DNA from: Gemmatimonadota bacterium
GTDB taxonomy: Bacteria; Gemmatimonadota; Gemmatimonadetes; Palauibacterales; Palauibacteraceae
Length of the DNA stretch: 59,298 nucleotides
Reading direction: 5' to 3'
NCBI GenBank assembly: GCA_039588275.1
Contig: JBDHAC010000019.1
Location: forward strand, 1 to 59,298
Every line of letters starts with the position of its first letter. Within the stretch, counting starts at the first letter, position 1. The notes below the pieces were generated by a model, which was given only the letters and a program-made list of their open reading frames with translations, was not told the DNA's origin and ran no database searches. Position numbers and translations under genes: made by a program. This document shows positions 56,702 through 59,298 of the stretch, piece after piece.

Positions 56702-57148
56702 CTACTCTCGAAGGTCCGGGAGGGGCTCCCCCTCGGGGACGAAGCGGAGCGCCACCCCGTTGTTGCAGTACCGCTTCCCGGTGGGCTGCGGCCCGTCGCC
56801 GAAGACGTGACCCTGGTGGCCGCCGCAGCGGGCGCAGTGGTACTCCGTGCGCGGCAACAAGAGCTTGAAATCGCGCTTCATTCCTACCCGCCCCGGTAGA
56901 GGGTCGAAGAAGCTCGGCCACCCGGTTCCGCTATCGAACCTGGCGTCGGTCGTGAACAGCGGGAGAAAGCACGCCGCGCACACGAACGTGCCGCTGCGTT
57001 TCTCGCTATCCAGCTCGCTGGACCCCGCAGGCTCCGTCGCATCCTCGAACAGGACGCGGTAGGAGTCGGCGGGCAGCAGCTCGCGCCATTCCGCCTTCGT
57101 CTTCTCGATAGGCGCCCAATTGGGGCGCGTCTCTGCGGTGTCGCTCAT
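56702..57148 (-). CDS. msrB: Peptide-methionine (R)-S-oxide reductase
   Basis: CAAC/CARC Zn sites, DSGTGWPSF, RTE, GHVFGDGPQPTGKRYCNNG. Confidence 0.96.
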   Translation of the reverse strand: MSDTAETRPNWAPIEKTKAEWRELLPADSYRVLFEDATEPAGSSELDSEKRSGTFVCAACFLPLFTTDARFDSGTGWPSFFDPLPGRVGMKRDFKLLLPRTEYHCARCGGHQGHVFGDGPQPTGKRYCNNGVALRFVPEGEPLPDLRE

Positions 57149-57166
57149 GCGGCGACTCGCCTCCCT

Positions 57167-59137
57167 CTACTCTCCGGGGGGTAGCCTCAGCGCCACCAGC
57201 CGGGCACGCTGCGAGGCGCCACCGATCGGGATCACCACGTACTGTGCGCCACCGGCCTCGTACGTCATGAAGTTCCCGGATGCGTTCCCGGGGAGTGGGA
57301 TCTCGGCGATCACCTCGCCGCTCTCCGCGTCCAATGCGCGCAGGCTCGGGTCCGCGTCCTCCGTGTTCAGCCACAGCGCGTTTCCGCGAGGCGAAGGTCC
57401 GCGAATGCTCCACGGCCCCTCCTGGGCAGCCAGCAGCAAGGTCGGTGTCCGTACGACGAACGTCCGGTACGGCCACCCGAGCTCGGGCAGGTCAAGATCC
57501 GCCAGAGCCGGGTGCTCGCGCGGCCCCTCTCCCATCGGGGTCACCCACAGGTGCTCGCCGGTGTTCAGATCGATCGCCGTGATGCGGCCATACGGGGGCT
57601 TGGAGATCGGAAGCCCCTGCGGGCCCGCGGGGCCAACCTCGAAGCGGTTGGCCACAAACGCCCAGGGTGAGTTCGGGTCCGCGGGCGGCTCCGCCGAAAC
57701 AATCCACGGGAGCGTGTACGATGGAACGTACATGACGCCGTGTGCGGGGTCTGTCGCCGCGCCCGCCCAGCTCGCGCCGCCGATGAGCCCGGGCATCAAG
57801 ACCGTCCCTCGCTCCGAGAGGGGCGTGAAGATGGGTCCATGATCGACCTCTCCGAGGATCGCCTCGGCCTCGGCCCGCAGCTCGGGAGTGAAGTCGATGA
57901 TGTCATCGGGCCCCAGCCCCTGCCGATCGAATGCCGCCGGCCGGGTCGGGAACGGCTGCGTGGGCGAGAGCTGCTCGCCCGGGACCGTGGGCTCCTGCGG
58001 GACCGGTCGCTCCTCGATCGGCCACACAGGCTCGCCCGTTTCGCGGTCCAGGACGTACACGAACGCCTGCTTGGACGCCTGCGCCAGCGCCTTGATCTCT
58101 CGCCCGTCGACCGTGATGTCGATCAGGTTGGGCGCGGTCGGGAAGTCGTAGTCCCAGATGCCGTGGTGTACGCCCTGGAAGTGCCACACCTTCTCGCCGG
58201 TCTCCGCGCGAACGGCAATGATGCTCTCCGCATACAGGTTGTCCCCGGGCCGCTCCCCGCCGTAGTAGTCGTTGGTCGGCGTGCTGGTAGGCAGGTACAC
58301 GAGCCCGAGCTCTTCGTCACAGCTCATGTGCGTCCATACGTTCGCGTTCCCCGCCGTCTCCCACGAGCCTTCGCCCCACGATTCGGAAGCGATCAGCTCG
58401 TTCTGAGGGATCGTCTCGAACGTCCACACGTGCTCGCCCGAACCGGGATCGAACGCACGCACGTCTCCCGGCGGCATCTCCGCGACCTCCGGGTTGTCCC
58501 AAATGGAGGCCCCCACGATCACGCGGCCGCGGCACACCATGGGTGGCGACGTGACGCTGTAGTGCTTGCGGTCGACCGGGCGCCGCAGGCCCTGCGTGAG
58601 GTCCATGCGCCCCTCCTCCCCGAAATCGGCGATCGGGACGCCTGTCTCCGCATCCAGCACGTACAGGTACGCGTCTCCGGTCCCGTACAGGATCCGCTTC
58701 TGATCACCCGTGTCCCAGTACGTCACACCTCGATGGACGAAGCCGAGATTGTTGGGGGTGCCATCGACGTACGATTCGGGGTTGAACGTCCACAGCGTCT
58801 CACCGGTGGCACCGTCGATCGCGGCCACCTGACTGAGCGACGTGCTCGTGTACAGGATCCCATCGATCGCGATCGGGGTGGCCTCGTTCCGGGCCGTGTG
58901 CAGCAGCGTATCCGCATCGATCAGCGGCTGGTCGACGGTCGACCACGTCCACGCGATTTCGAGGTCGGCGACATTCTCGGCTCCGATCTGATCGAGGGGG
59001 GAGTACTTGGAGCTGGCCTTGTCGGCCGCGTAGGCGGGCCAGTCGCCGGAGACCTCGGCCACCTCCTCCACGGGAGCGCACGCGGCGATTCCAGTGACGA
59101 GGGCGAGGAGAACCACGCGCGGGCTACCTAACGACAT
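57167..59137 (-). CDS. PQQ-dependent dehydrogenase (glucose/quinate family) lipoprotein, intact
   Basis: GGAGG RBS, lipobox IAAC; YSPLDQI, EATPI, HRGVTYW, VTSPP, NANVW, DYYGG, HHGIWDYD, TQPFP, PPYG. Confidence 0.93.
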   Translation of the reverse strand: MSLGSPRVVLLALVTGIAACAPVEEVAEVSGDWPAYAADKASSKYSPLDQIGAENVADLEIAWTWSTVDQPLIDADTLLHTARNEATPIAIDGILYTSTSLSQVAAIDGATGETLWTFNPESYVDGTPNNLGFVHRGVTYWDTGDQKRILYGTGDAYLYVLDAETGVPIADFGEEGRMDLTQGLRRPVDRKHYSVTSPPMVCRGRVIVGASIWDNPEVAEMPPGDVRAFDPGSGEHVWTFETIPQNELIASESWGEGSWETAGNANVWTHMSCDEELGLVYLPTSTPTNDYYGGERPGDNLYAESIIAVRAETGEKVWHFQGVHHGIWDYDFPTAPNLIDITVDGREIKALAQASKQAFVYVLDRETGEPVWPIEERPVPQEPTVPGEQLSPTQPFPTRPAAFDRQGLGPDDIIDFTPELRAEAEAILGEVDHGPIFTPLSERGTVLMPGLIGGASWAGAATDPAHGVMYVPSYTLPWIVSAEPPADPNSPWAFVANRFEVGPAGPQGLPISKPPYGRITAIDLNTGEHLWVTPMGEGPREHPALADLDLPELGWPYRTFVVRTPTLLLAAQEGPWSIRGPSPRGNALWLNTEDADPSLRALDAESGEVIAEIPLPGNASGNFMTYEAGGAQYVVIPIGGASQRARLVALRLPPGE

Positions 59138-59298
59138 ACCTGTGCCTCCAACGGGAATGGGACGACGGTGAACGATTCTGGATGGACCGGAAGAGAAGGG
59201 CGCGGGCCCCTCGGGCGCAATACTGAGGGCCTTTCGTCGGCAGAAGCCCCTACCACGTACGCGACTGCTTCGCTATCCTACGGCGCCACAGTCGAGCC

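Overview
59.3 kb of GC-rich bacterial chromosome holding about 50 genes. The gene content suggests Gemmatimonadota or a similar lineage (inference): many lipoproteins and Tat substrates, a Ser/Thr kinase-TPR, a TolB-like-TPR protein and PQQ dehydrogenases. I saw no rRNA, tRNA, CRISPR array, integrase or transposase. Main blocks: (i) signalling and miscellaneous genes, including a degenerate JAB/MPN protein, a CyaC-type heme/2Fe-2S adenylate cyclase, an exported alanine-racemase-fold enzyme with a rewired active site, and a TetR with two perfect operators; (ii) a 3-keto-glycoside-type cluster (MFS, DUF1080, two Gfo/Idh/MocA); (iii) a maltodextrin/starch operon (malQ, MFS, two GH13 lipoproteins); (iv) an apbE-doxX-Gfo/Idh/MocA operon; (v) periplasmic redox and hydrolase genes, including a doubly broken PQQ dehydrogenase, its intact paralog, and an orphan gene tail. 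The best candidate for an undescribed system is block (iv). Its Tat-type NAD(P) oxidoreductase carries a VDAITSAT flavinylation-like motif, which could mean a flavinylated sugar dehydrogenase wired to the quinone pool. All calls come from reading motifs by eye; no database searches were run.
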